Shown here piece by piece: positions 18,530 through 27,852 of a stretch of 64,000 nt of DNA (the first letter of the stretch is position 1; each line of letters starts with the position of its first letter). Source of the DNA: a bacterium (lineage in GTDB: Bacteria; Patescibacteriota; Minisyncoccia; 1-14-0-10-42-19); assembly GCA_030690215.1 (NCBI GenBank), contig JAUYHD010000016.1, positions 17,681-81,680 of the forward strand, given 5' to 3'. The position numbers and the translations under genes were made by a program. Under the pieces are notes generated by a model, which saw only the letters and a list, made by a program, of their open reading frames with translations, did no database searches and was not told the DNA's origin.

Positions 18530-19252
18530 GTGCCGATCATGAAATTTTCTGAACTGTATGAACATTTTTTTGGATTGTACGGAGAACGCAATAGGTACTT
18601 TATGCCCGACTTGGGTGATCGAATAGACTTTCTAGCAATCGCCATTGGTGACCTGCAAGATGCGATTCGCAAAAACGCGCATACGGATTTAATCGGACTG
18701 GCGCTTGCGCGGGTTGTATCAAGAATTTTTTGCATAGCTGAGTATTTTAATTTTTACACAATTCATAGGCTTAATTTTGCAAACGCTCTTGCAAGCAAAT
18801 ATCCGCACGTATGCGCGTATTGCAAAACCAAGCCATGCAATTGCCCGGGTGGAGTGCGGCCGGCATATGACCTCAACCTAAGTCATGGCAACCAAGATGA
18901 GTGGGCATTGCGCGATTGGTGCAATCATTTAAACGAATTGTACGGTGCAAACAACAAACAAAAAGGGATTGAAAACCTCATAAACCGGCTTTCAAAAGAA
19001 GTGCTTGAGATGGTCATTCTTCGGTTCAATATGGAACGCAGAAAGATTGACCGGATCGAAATGATTAAAGAAGTCGGACTAGAGCTTGCAGATGCGCTGG
19101 CATGGACGATCGCTGTAGCTAATTATTTGGAAATAAACCTAGAACATTGTGTGCTGTCCCGCTACGGCTCCGGTTGCTGGAATTGCAAAGCAAAACCTTG
19201 TGTCTGCGATGATTTTGTAATCCGCCAAATTGATTGGGTGCAGTTTAAATAA
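18530..19252 (+). CDS. Tandem MazG-like NTP pyrophosphohydrolase domains, each ending in a CxxCKxKPCxC motif
   Basis: EVGLELADALAWTIAVANYL resembles the MazG EExGD helix; CAYCKTKPCNCPG and CWNCKAKPCVCDD follow the first and second halves. Confidence 0.4.
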   Translation: MPIMKFSELYEHFFGLYGERNRYFMPDLGDRIDFLAIAIGDLQDAIRKNAHTDLIGLALARVVSRIFCIAEYFNFYTIHRLNFANALASKYPHVCAYCKTKPCNCPGGVRPAYDLNLSHGNQDEWALRDWCNHLNELYGANNKQKGIENLINRLSKEVLEMVILRFNMERRKIDRIEMIKEVGLELADALAWTIAVANYLEINLEHCVLSRYGSGCWNCKAKPCVCDDFVIRQIDWVQFK

Positions 19253-19368
19253 TAGAAAAGACCTAAAACACGCTTGTGCGTTTTAGGTCTTTATTTTTTT
19301 AGAAACCTGGGACTTCACAAAATTGTTTATATACGGTATAAAAATTACATACGCATTAAAGAATTTGC

Positions 19369-19388
19369 GAGTGTAGTTCAGTGGTACC
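19369..19388 (+). pseudogene. tRNA 5' fragment (acceptor strand plus D-arm, GCGAGTGTAGTTCAGTGGTA) immediately upstream of tRNA-Ile
   Basis: D-arm identical to the downstream tRNA-Ile; no matching 3' half found. Confidence 0.4.
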
Positions 19389-19403
19389 CCGCACTAAAAA
19401 TTT

Positions 19404-19475
19404 GGGCACATAGTTCAGTGGTAGAACGCTGTCCTGATAAGACAGAGGTGCTAGGTTCGATTCCTAGTGTGCCCA
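19404..19475 (+). tRNA. tRNA-Ile (anticodon GAT)
   Basis: GGGCACATAGTTCAGTGGTAGAACGCTGTCCTGATAAGACAGAGGTGCTAGGTTCGATTCCTAGTGTGCCCA; cloverleaf folds; no encoded CCA. Confidence 0.9.
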
Positions 19476-19489
19476 TAAATTTTCCCAAA

Positions 19490-19640
19490 TTTTAGTACGG
19501 GGCAGGAAACGCTGCCCGCCCCGCATCAAGCTTTGTTTTGATGCGGGGTCCTGATAAGACAGAGGCCGAAGGTTCGCCCGATTATCCAATCGGGCGACCG
19601 GTCGAATGACCGGTCGATTCCTTCCGCGCTAAAAAGGAGG
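19490..19640 (+). pseudogene. Structured remnant carrying an exact 18-nt copy of the tRNA-Ile anticodon arm (GTCCTGATAAGACAGAGG) and a T-arm-like GGTTCG; degenerate tRNA-Ile duplicate
   Basis: Hairpins CCCCGCATCAA...TTGATGCGGGG and GCCCGATTATCCAATCGGGC; internal duplication GACCGGTCGA x2. Confidence 0.4.
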
Positions 19641-19700
19641 AGCCAAAGAGTTTTGGACCAGTAATTCTTTACCTGATAATGCGCTCTAAGTGGGGTCTGC

Positions 19701-20351
19701 TTGAATAATTTTTTACACCTCCGTGAGAAGTATTTTAGGAAAAGAAAATTTTTTAATCATATGAACCTAGAGAGACAAAATTTTAATACAGAACCTCTTT
19801 CACAAGAACAAGGAGAGCAAATTAAATCGGAACAAAAAATTGCGTGGGAGAAAAAACGCAAAGAAGTAGATACCATTACTGACCGTCTCGGTCTTGGTAT
19901 TGATGAAAAAATTAAGGAGTCGGTTACAGCTTTTCAAGTTCACGAATTTACTACCAGCCAATCTTGCGAAGGTCATACTGGGGAGGAAGAAAAACATGGA
20001 GCTTCTTTTCCTTGGGTAGAAGTTTATGCTCCTGGACCGAAAGGGTGGATAGACGCAAAGGGTGAAAAGAAAAAAGAATTGGATCGTGAATGGACAATTA
20101 AAAATTTGGAACAGCAACAAAAGATGATGGGCTATTTCACGGAATTTTACCAAGACAGGGAAACGCCATTTGATGCAAGATTGGCGTTTGACCGCATTGG
20201 GGCCTTCGGTGGCTTCCGAGTCCAAAGTTTTGGAGCAGAAATAATGAGACTGTTGTCGCCCAAAGAACAAATCAAAAAACTTGAGCTTTATAGAAAAGAG
20301 ATGGACGATTTTACTGAATTTTTGAAAAGTAAGCATTTCGCAAAAGAATAA
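19701..20351 (+). CDS. Hypothetical protein
   Basis: 216-aa ORF; charged, no motif recognised. Confidence 0.4.
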   Translation: MNNFLHLREKYFRKRKFFNHMNLERQNFNTEPLSQEQGEQIKSEQKIAWEKKRKEVDTITDRLGLGIDEKIKESVTAFQVHEFTTSQSCEGHTGEEEKHGASFPWVEVYAPGPKGWIDAKGEKKKELDREWTIKNLEQQQKMMGYFTEFYQDRETPFDARLAFDRIGAFGGFRVQSFGAEIMRLLSPKEQIKKLELYRKEMDDFTEFLKSKHFAKE

Positions 20352-20386
20352 TTTAATCCCCTCCTTCTAGAAAGAGGGGATTTTAT

Positions 20387-21337
20387 TCAATCATTCATTA
20401 GTTCGCCAAGCCGCGGAAGATGCTTTTGAAACGCATCAAAGAGCTTTTTTGAATCCTTATCATAATGTATCCACGCTTCGTACATCCGCGGAAAATGACG
20501 GGTGTAGGTAATATCAAGCGCCAGCCCCGCATTGTTTAATACAGCAGGACACGCATTAAATGTTTTAGGCTGAGGAGTGATAGTACCGCACTCTCTTTGT
20601 AATTCGTTGAATAATTCTCTTTTTCTGTTCAGCGTATCGGCTTCCGATATTTGGAATCTATAGAAATCCGCATATAACGATTTCAGCTGTACGTAATATT
20701 TGTTTACGATAACTGCTTTTTGCATGAAAAACGCAGGCTCTAAAAAAAGATTTTTATATATCTCCGAATCTTCTCCATATTTCTCTCGTGCAAAATCAAT
20801 TGCCCCGGCAAGTCCCATCATGGTTGCCGCGGCTTCGTCTATATCCGAAGAAAGCTGGACTTCAGGAGAGACCTCTTCATGGTAATCCTCGTGAACTATG
20901 ACTGTTATAAAACGTTCGAGAGAAGCATCCGTAAGAAAACGTGTGGTGGAGGCGTTATTCCGCCCTATTCCCTCTACCTTGGAAACAAAAACATCTTTCC
21001 CTAGCGGATTGATATTACATCCCCCCTTTTTTCCTTGGGTTACACTCATACCAAAATACGTATACGGCAAAAAGAATCGTCCCGTAGAATAACAAATATA
21101 ATATGCGTCCTGCAAGAAGCTCTCCGGATGAAAGTTTTCATCTTTCCGATACCCCATGCGCTTTTCAAACTTTTTGATCTCCGCTATTACATCCTTGCGC
21201 GGAAAATCTTCTACTCCACGCGCCTTATGAACTCTGCAAGAACCGAATAAAGTATACGCAAGAATGCCAAAAAATAAAGCAATTATAATTATCCTACGCG
21301 CTATCGTTCTCAATGTATGCTCCTTTTTGCCACCCAT
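20387..21337 (-). CDS. Membrane-anchored putative zinc metallopeptidase (HEDYH, HExxH-type)
   Basis: N-terminal TM; IVHEDYHE motif. Confidence 0.45.
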   Translation of the reverse strand: MGGKKEHTLRTIARRIIIIALFFGILAYTLFGSCRVHKARGVEDFPRKDVIAEIKKFEKRMGYRKDENFHPESFLQDAYYICYSTGRFFLPYTYFGMSVTQGKKGGCNINPLGKDVFVSKVEGIGRNNASTTRFLTDASLERFITVIVHEDYHEEVSPEVQLSSDIDEAAATMMGLAGAIDFAREKYGEDSEIYKNLFLEPAFFMQKAVIVNKYYVQLKSLYADFYRFQISEADTLNRKRELFNELQRECGTITPQPKTFNACPAVLNNAGLALDITYTRHFPRMYEAWIHYDKDSKKLFDAFQKHLPRLGELMND

Positions 21338-21508
21338 GTCTCACATTTTTGAATGTGCTTTTCTTTAGAATACACCACACACACGCTAGCCACAAAACCC
21401 CACGCGCTTGACTCAAAAGACATATTTTGCTATAATGGCGGTCAATAGTAGTAGAGTCGAACTACTGCAATGAATGAAAATTCCAAATTAGAGTTAACTT
21501 AGGCACAT

Positions 21509-21841
21509 ATGGCTACTAAGAACTTAGACCAGGAGTTCCTTGAGTTTGTCGTAAAATCGCTCGTTGACAACCCGTCAGACGTAAAAGTTGAGCGGAAAGT
21601 TGACGAAATGGGAGTACTTTTGACTCTCAACATCCATGCCGAAGATATGGGTAAAATCCTTGGGCGCCAAGGAAACACGGCAAAGTCAATCCGGACACTC
21701 TTGCGAATCGTTGGCTTGAAAAACAATGCCCGCGTAAATCTCAAGATTGCGGAACCGGAAGGCGGAAAAGGACCCCGCGGAGGCCGAGATGAAAATCGAG
21801 GCGCATCTATGGACCAAGTCATGGACGATTTAAAGCTCTAA
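21509..21841 (+). CDS. KH-domain RNA-binding protein (YlqC/UPF0109-like) with a basic C-terminal tail
   Basis: EFVVKSLVDNPSDVKVE...EDMGKILGRQGNTAKSIRTLL matches the KH_4 family. Confidence 0.75.
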   Translation: MATKNLDQEFLEFVVKSLVDNPSDVKVERKVDEMGVLLTLNIHAEDMGKILGRQGNTAKSIRTLLRIVGLKNNARVNLKIAEPEGGKGPRGGRDENRGASMDQVMDDLKL

Positions 21842-22055
21842 CCTTGTCCGATACTTTCAAAAGAAAGTATGTAGGAACGACCTATTACTTTTCTAAAGTA
21901 ATACAACGCAAAAATCCCGAACGCGCGCGACGCGACGGGATTTTTGTTTATAAATACAATATATGAAACACTCGGTGTTTAATAAAATTCCACGTCCGCA
22001 CTTTTTATAAAAATAAAAAAGCGCTATATCTTTGCCGATACAACGCTTTCAAAAT

Positions 22056-22448
22056 TTATTTATTAAAATCAGACACTGAAACAAAATCAATATCTTCTTG
22101 TCCTAATTCATGTACCCGAATTTCTGCGATATCCTCGGCTTCTGAATCTATCTTATACTCGGCTACTTTTTCTGAATCTATCATATATCCGGCTACTTTC
22201 TGATCTTCACCGGGCCACAACAATGGCTCATAGACATAAGAATACTTCTTCAAAATATGTCTTCTTAAAACCTGGCTAGCAGTAACCTCGCTACTGTCCT
22301 CTTTAAGAATGACTAAGCTGTGACGAATTTCTTCATCTTCTTCAAGAAATTCTATTATTAAAAATATCCTCATTTTAATTCCTCCTTTCAAACAACTTGA
22401 ATTTTCCCAAAAGATAGCGTACGTTTTTCCCCCTGTTTTAATTTCCAA
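22056..22448 (-). CDS. Hypothetical protein
   Basis: 130-aa ORF. Confidence 0.35.
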   Translation of the reverse strand: MEIKTGGKTYAIFWENSSCLKGGIKMRIFLIIEFLEEDEEIRHSLVILKEDSSEVTASQVLRRHILKKYSYVYEPLLWPGEDQKVAGYMIDSEKVAEYKIDSEAEDIAEIRVHELGQEDIDFVSVSDFNK

Positions 22449-22646
22449 AAATTTCTTTCACTTCATCAACAACTTCGGAAGGGTTTTCACCGCCCTCTAT
22501 TCTGCGCAAAACATCCTCATAAATATTAATCCTTTTTTCAAGGTCCTTCGTGGTTGGGGGTCCCCAAATCACCGGATCACACGATATGTGCAACATATAT
22601 TGCCTCCATCTTGAAGTTTTTCTTAAACTAGCATATATTTCATACT

Positions 22647-23405
22647 ATGTCAATAAGATTCGACATCATCACAATATTTCCCGGATTATTCGCCCCGTAC
22701 TTAAACGAGTCCATATTAAAACGCGCCCAAAAGAACAAATTAATAGATATTCGCGTCCACAATCTACGTGATTTTACGAAAGCAAAACACAAAAAAGTGG
22801 ACGATAAAGCATACGGCGGAGGACCCGGCATGGTGCTCCAGGCAGAACCAATCATAAAAGCAATACGCTCAATCTTAAATTCCAAATTCCAAAATCCAAA
22901 ATCCAAACAAATTCCAAAACTAAAAATTAAAAAAACGAAAATAATTTTGTTCACTCCTGCCGGGAAACAATTTGATGCTAAAATAGCGCAAAATTTTGCA
23001 TCACGCTATGATCATATCATTATGATCGCCGGCCGTTACGAAGGTGTTGACCATAGAATTTATAAAGTGCTTAAAAATATGCTTATTACTCATAACTCAT
23101 CACTTACAACTCTTTCCATAGGACCGTATGTCCTCACAGGAGGCGAACTCCCCGCCCTCATTATGATTGATGCCATAAGCCGTCATATTCCCGGCGTACT
23201 CGGTAAAAACGAATCGCTCGAAGAAAAACGCGGGGGCGCAGGCATTCCCGCGTATACTCGGCCGGAAAAAATCACTTGGAACAAGAAAACATATGCTGTC
23301 CCAAAAATACTCCTTTCGGGCAATCATAAAAAAATTGCCGCTTGGCTTGCCGCCAAGCGAGCCTCGCCAAAAATGCCAAGGAATATGAGAAGAAAAGGAG
23401 CGTAA
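22647..23405 (+). CDS. trmD: tRNA (guanine37-N1)-methyltransferase with an in-frame AT-rich simple-repeat insertion (nt about 22876-22920)
   Basis: MSIRFDIITIFP...YGGGPGMVL; insert encodes NSKFQNPKSKQIPKLKIKK from AAATTCCAAATTCCAAAATCCAAAATCCAAA. Confidence 0.9.
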   Translation: MSIRFDIITIFPGLFAPYLNESILKRAQKNKLIDIRVHNLRDFTKAKHKKVDDKAYGGGPGMVLQAEPIIKAIRSILNSKFQNPKSKQIPKLKIKKTKIILFTPAGKQFDAKIAQNFASRYDHIIMIAGRYEGVDHRIYKVLKNMLITHNSSLTTLSIGPYVLTGGELPALIMIDAISRHIPGVLGKNESLEEKRGGAGIPAYTRPEKITWNKKTYAVPKILLSGNHKKIAAWLAAKRASPKMPRNMRRKGA

Positions 23406-23432
23406 ACAAAAATAAAATGAGGTGGTATACTG

Positions 23433-24356
23433 TTGTATATGCTCTGGATACCCATTACGGTGAGTGCGTATTTTTTTCTGGCACTTGTCGCGCTCGTGGA
23501 TAAAAAGCTTCTTACCCATCGTGTGCCGGAACCAATCGCATATGCTTTTTACGTAGGACTTTTAAATATAGTAACTTTTGTCCTTATCCCATTCGGGTTT
23601 AACATGCTGGCTGCCCCGCTTGCCCTCTTTGCATTAAGCGCGGGTATAGCTTTTGTTGTCGGTATTTATTTTTTATATTCCACATTGCGCCGATCCGAAG
23701 CATCGCGCGCAATCCCCCTTATTGGCGCTACGACCCCGCTCTTTATCATTTTTTTTACAACCGTCATTTCGAAAACCCCGATTACAACGCATGAACTTTT
23801 TGCTATCGGGTTTTTTATTTTGGGAGGACTGCTTCTTTCTTCCCGACAATCAGACGGAGATCCGCTATTCCGCATAAACGGCAATACCATAAATGTAAAA
23901 ATTGTAGTCCCCGGCATTCTTGCCGCGTTTTTTTTCGCGTGCTCTTTTTTTCTCACCGAAGAGGTATTCAACCAAACCGAGTTTATCCCGGGGTTTATAT
24001 GGATGCGAGCAGGTAACGTGCTCGCCGCGCTCTTTATTTTACTTTTGCCGACCGCCCGAAAGATAATTTTCCAAACATCAAAACATCTTGCCCCATCTTC
24101 TAAAAAAATATTTCTCGCAAATCAATTTATGGGGGGCAGTGGTAATCTTCTTTTAAATATCGCAATTTTTCTTGGTCCTGTAACTGTTATTAATGCCATG
24201 CAGGGAGTCCAATATTTTTTCATATTTCTTTTGGCGCTCTTTTTTACGGCATTTTATCCGCGCGTTATTCGCGAATCGTTTACTCCGCGTGTTCTTTTTA
24301 GCAAACTCGCTGGTATCTTCCTCATTATTGCCGGATTTGCGGTTCTTTTTCTATAA
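23433..24356 (+). CDS. Polytopic membrane protein (about 10 TM; EamA/DMT-like, uncertain)
   Basis: Hydrophobicity pattern only. Confidence 0.4.
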   Translation: MYMLWIPITVSAYFFLALVALVDKKLLTHRVPEPIAYAFYVGLLNIVTFVLIPFGFNMLAAPLALFALSAGIAFVVGIYFLYSTLRRSEASRAIPLIGATTPLFIIFFTTVISKTPITTHELFAIGFFILGGLLLSSRQSDGDPLFRINGNTINVKIVVPGILAAFFFACSFFLTEEVFNQTEFIPGFIWMRAGNVLAALFILLLPTARKIIFQTSKHLAPSSKKIFLANQFMGGSGNLLLNIAIFLGPVTVINAMQGVQYFFIFLLALFFTAFYPRVIRESFTPRVLFSKLAGIFLIIAGFAVLFL

Positions 24357-24358
24357 CC

Positions 24359-25378
24359 ATGGCAGTCATTAAAAAACATCCGATTCTTGCCGGCATAGGA
24401 ATAGGAGCGCTTCTCCTAGTAACTATCTTTCTGGTACTTATCTCGCTTACCCCCGCAAAAACCCCAAAAACATACGGTGTCACCTTCTCCCCCTTTTACG
24501 CGGAACGTTTCAATGTTCATTGGAAAGATGCGTATATTGCAATTCTTGACGATCTTGGCGTAAAGCACATTCGCCTTTCTGCGTATTGGAACGAGGTAGA
24601 AAAAACAGAACGTGTTTTTAATTTTTCCGATCTTGACTGGCAAATTCAAGAGGCGGAAAAACGGAATGTGGATATTGTGCTCGCCATCGGCAAAAAACTC
24701 CCTCGCTGGCCGGAGTGCCACATCCCCGAGTGGATAGAGGGCCTTACGCCCGAAGAACAACATGAAAAACTGCTTCGTTATATTTCAGAAACCATTCTTC
24801 GCTATAGGGACTCTCCGGCAATCACTCTATGGCAAATTGAAAATGAACCATTACTGCCATTCGGCGAATGTGTCCATATTTCTGAACAAGAGCTGGAAAA
24901 TGAACTGGCATTCGTGCGCGCGCTTGATTCGCGCCCCATACTTATCACCGCGTCAGGAGAACTCTCATTCTGGACAAAGGAAATAAAATACGCCGATGTA
25001 TTCGGCTCTACTCTCTATCGCATTGTATGGAACGATTCTCTCAAAAGACATATCACCTACCCCCTCCCCTCGTCCTTTTATCGCGCAAAACAAACTATCG
25101 CGCGCCTATTTGGAGGCAATAAACCGATGCTCGTTATAGAACTTCAGGGAGAATCTTGGAACAAAAAAATGACATACGAACTCCCCATAGAAGAACAGTA
25201 TATATCCATGAATCCCGAACGATTCCAGGGTGTTCTTTCGTATGCCTCGCGCACCGGCTTTGACACATTTTATCTATGGGGTGTTGAGTGGTGGTATTGG
25301 TTAAAAGTTACGCAAGATAAACCCGAAATGTGGGATATAGCGAAAGAAGCGATATATAATGCGAATATAGAAAAATAA
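24359..25378 (+). CDS. Membrane-anchored GH-A clan glycoside hydrolase (GH5-like, IENEP acid/base motif)
   Basis: N-terminal TM; WQIENEP; TIM-barrel-like length. Confidence 0.5.
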   Translation: MAVIKKHPILAGIGIGALLLVTIFLVLISLTPAKTPKTYGVTFSPFYAERFNVHWKDAYIAILDDLGVKHIRLSAYWNEVEKTERVFNFSDLDWQIQEAEKRNVDIVLAIGKKLPRWPECHIPEWIEGLTPEEQHEKLLRYISETILRYRDSPAITLWQIENEPLLPFGECVHISEQELENELAFVRALDSRPILITASGELSFWTKEIKYADVFGSTLYRIVWNDSLKRHITYPLPSSFYRAKQTIARLFGGNKPMLVIELQGESWNKKMTYELPIEEQYISMNPERFQGVLSYASRTGFDTFYLWGVEWWYWLKVTQDKPEMWDIAKEAIYNANIEK

Positions 25379-25393
25379 TATGGCCATAACGCA

Positions 25394-25490
25394 AAGCGTA
25401 AAACGAAAAGTTCAAAACTAATGTGAAATAATTTCAACAAAGTTGAAATTATTATTCCTAAGTTTTACGTTTTTATTTTTGAGCTTTTAG
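25394..25490. repeat. 95-bp AT-rich hairpin element (GTAAAACGAAAAGTTCAAAAC...GTTTTACGTTTTTATTTTTGAGC); near-identical copy inside 16S rRNA V1 at 34063-34170
   Basis: About 95% identity over about 95 nt read directly. Confidence 0.8.
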
Positions 25491-25537
25491 CTATACTGTG
25501 TGTTATTCACTTACTTAATAATTAAGTTTAACATTTT

Positions 25538-26740
25538 ATGAAATACGCTTTCCCTGATGGTTTTCTATGGGGTGCTTCTACCTCCTCTCATCAAGTAGAA
25601 GGCGGGAACACAAACCAATGGTCTGAATGGGAGAAAAAAAATGCAACGCGGCTCGCATCTGAAGCAACCAAAAAACATGGCACATTACCATCGTGGAACG
25701 ATATCCGAAAAGAAGCCAAAAATCCGCAAAATTATATTTCAGGAATTGCCTGCGACCACTATAACCGTTTTGAAGAAGATTTTGATATCGCAAAATCTCT
25801 AGGACATACGGCGCATCGCCTTTCTATAGAATGGTCGCGCGTTGAACCTCGCGAGGGATTTTTTGACGAAAAAGAAATCGCCCACTATCAACGCGTGATA
25901 CAAGCGCTTCGCGCGCGGAACATTGAGCCGTTTGTCACTCTTTGGCACTGGACGCTTCCATTCTGGGTTTCAAAACAGGGCAGTTGGGAAAACAAAAAAA
26001 CAATTTCGGATTTTGTCCGATACGCAAAAAAACTTGCGGAATCGCTACCGGAGGTACGGTTCTGGGTGACGCTCAACGAACCGCTCATTTATACCGGCAT
26101 GTCGTACATGGTTGGGACGTGGCCTCCACAAAAAAAATCGGTTATCGCTTACATTCGGGTAATACATAACCTCATAACGGCGCATAAGGACGCCTACCGT
26201 GTCATGCGCACCTCCGATAACCATATTGGCATCGCAAAACACAATATTGCATTTACCGGAATCGGTGCGATGTCTGCGCGCTGGTGGTTTAACCGATATT
26301 TTTTGGAAAAAATTAAAAATCATCAAGATTTTATCGGGTTAAATTATTACCAGCACAAAAACATGTTGTTTGGGAAAAATAATAAAAAAAACCCCACCGA
26401 TGTCGGCTGGGAAATATACCCCGAAGGAATATATCGAGTTCTTAAAGAACTCGCGCCCTACAAAAAACCAGTCTATATTACTGAAAACGGAATCGCAGAC
26501 GCGCACGATACAAAAAGGACGCAATTCATAAAAGACCATCTTATATGGATACACAAAGCAATCGCAGAGGGAGTTGGTGTGCGGGGGTATCTGTATTGGT
26601 CGCTCTTGGACAATTTTGAATGGAGTGATGGATTCTGGCCGCGATTCGGACTCGTAGAAGTTGACCGCCAAACCCTTGAACGGCGCATCCGTCCAAGCGC
26701 TCATGAGTACGCAAAAATTATAAAAAATAATGGTTTTTAA
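25538..26740 (+). CDS. Glycoside hydrolase family 1 beta-glucosidase
   Basis: FLWGASTSSHQVEGG N-terminus, TLNEP acid/base, ITENG nucleophile. Confidence 0.85.
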   Translation: MKYAFPDGFLWGASTSSHQVEGGNTNQWSEWEKKNATRLASEATKKHGTLPSWNDIRKEAKNPQNYISGIACDHYNRFEEDFDIAKSLGHTAHRLSIEWSRVEPREGFFDEKEIAHYQRVIQALRARNIEPFVTLWHWTLPFWVSKQGSWENKKTISDFVRYAKKLAESLPEVRFWVTLNEPLIYTGMSYMVGTWPPQKKSVIAYIRVIHNLITAHKDAYRVMRTSDNHIGIAKHNIAFTGIGAMSARWWFNRYFLEKIKNHQDFIGLNYYQHKNMLFGKNNKKNPTDVGWEIYPEGIYRVLKELAPYKKPVYITENGIADAHDTKRTQFIKDHLIWIHKAIAEGVGVRGYLYWSLLDNFEWSDGFWPRFGLVEVDRQTLERRIRPSAHEYAKIIKNNGF

Positions 26741-26744
26741 ATTT

Positions 26745-26960
26745 AGAGCATTGCCCCCGTTAGATAGGGCGTTGCGAAGCCCGCTCATCTAACGGGGTTG
26801 ACCCCGTAGAGCAATATCGTATGATGCATTCTTATACGTCATTTTATCAAACAACATTTATGAAAAAGCAAGAAAACAAACTAATGCATGTGTCGCTGGC
26901 GGCGAACGCATGACGTATTATGCGATATTGTCTAACGGGGCTGGGTTGACATAAATAAAA
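26745..26960. repeat. Composite palindromic repeat (CCCCGTTAGAT...CTAACGGGG plus GACCCCGTAGAGCAATATCG...), homologous to 46360-46545
   Basis: Shared blocks CCCCGTAGAGCAATATCG(T/C)ATGAT and TTATGCGAT...CTAACGGGG. Confidence 0.6.
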
Positions 26961-27012
26961 AAATAGTGTAGCATAACCCCAGTTTTTAAAAAGTGAAAGG
27001 GGGAATAGTACG

Positions 27013-27558
27013 TTGAAAAAAATACTACCCGGGATTATTTTACTTGTACTTTTTTTAGGATGTAGCGGAGCGGGAAATAATTTTCCCATACATGACAACT
27101 CGCACATAACAGACTATGGAATTGAATTTTTCCATAATGAATTCTACACAACCGACGAATTAAACGAGGCAGCACATACAGTGGACGTATATTTTGAAAT
27201 GGCTCAAGAGTGCGCAAAATCTATATATCCTGATATGACCGACGCGATTTACAGCTTGCCCGCTGAAGATATGCAAATTGTTGTACAGTTTCCTGACAAA
27301 TATAATCCGCAAACGGGACAAGAGGCTTTTTCATGTAAGTTTTCTAAAAAAGGATGCGCGGGAATATACTATATAGGCGGCACAATTGATATAACCCCGT
27401 CCCTTGACGCGCTCGGCCATGAAATGTCCCATTGGATAAATTTTATGCTCTTCGGAGAAACGAGTGACGATAACCCAAGTGACTTATCACAGGTATGCAA
27501 ATTTTCTTCAATCTGCCATCTCTATTCGCAAAACCGAAACCTCATAGCATGCCGATGA
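27013..27558 (+). CDS. Lipoprotein, putative zinc metalloprotease (HEMSH)
   Basis: Lipobox LFLGCSG; LGHEMSHW HExxH motif. Confidence 0.45.
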   Translation: MKKILPGIILLVLFLGCSGAGNNFPIHDNSHITDYGIEFFHNEFYTTDELNEAAHTVDVYFEMAQECAKSIYPDMTDAIYSLPAEDMQIVVQFPDKYNPQTGQEAFSCKFSKKGCAGIYYIGGTIDITPSLDALGHEMSHWINFMLFGETSDDNPSDLSQVCKFSSICHLYSQNRNLIACR

Positions 27559-27852
27559 TCTAAAATAAACACTCTATTTTTTGGGAAATAGGGTGTTTTT
27601 AATTACCCAGAAGTTATCAACAGTTAGTAAGTGCTGGGGGGGGGTAAAACATTATACTTATATAAAGGTCATTTTTCGTAATTGTATCTTCGTTCGCATA
27701 TTTTTATACTTTCGTAGCCTCGTTTCTATTTTCATAATTTTATTATCATTAACTGTCAAAACCATTTAATTTGGTAAAATCGTATATTTTTTAAAACAAA
27801 TACTGTGTATTGTTTTTTATAATTTTTATTTCAGTAATCTACTAATAATTGC

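Noticed and set aside
19476-19700. tmRNA or a second functional tRNA after tRNA-Ile
   Set aside because: It has an anticodon-arm copy and T-arm-like bits. It has no acceptor pairing, no GGGG...GGTTCGAC tRNA-like domain ends and no tag reading frame. It is more consistent with a tRNA remnant.
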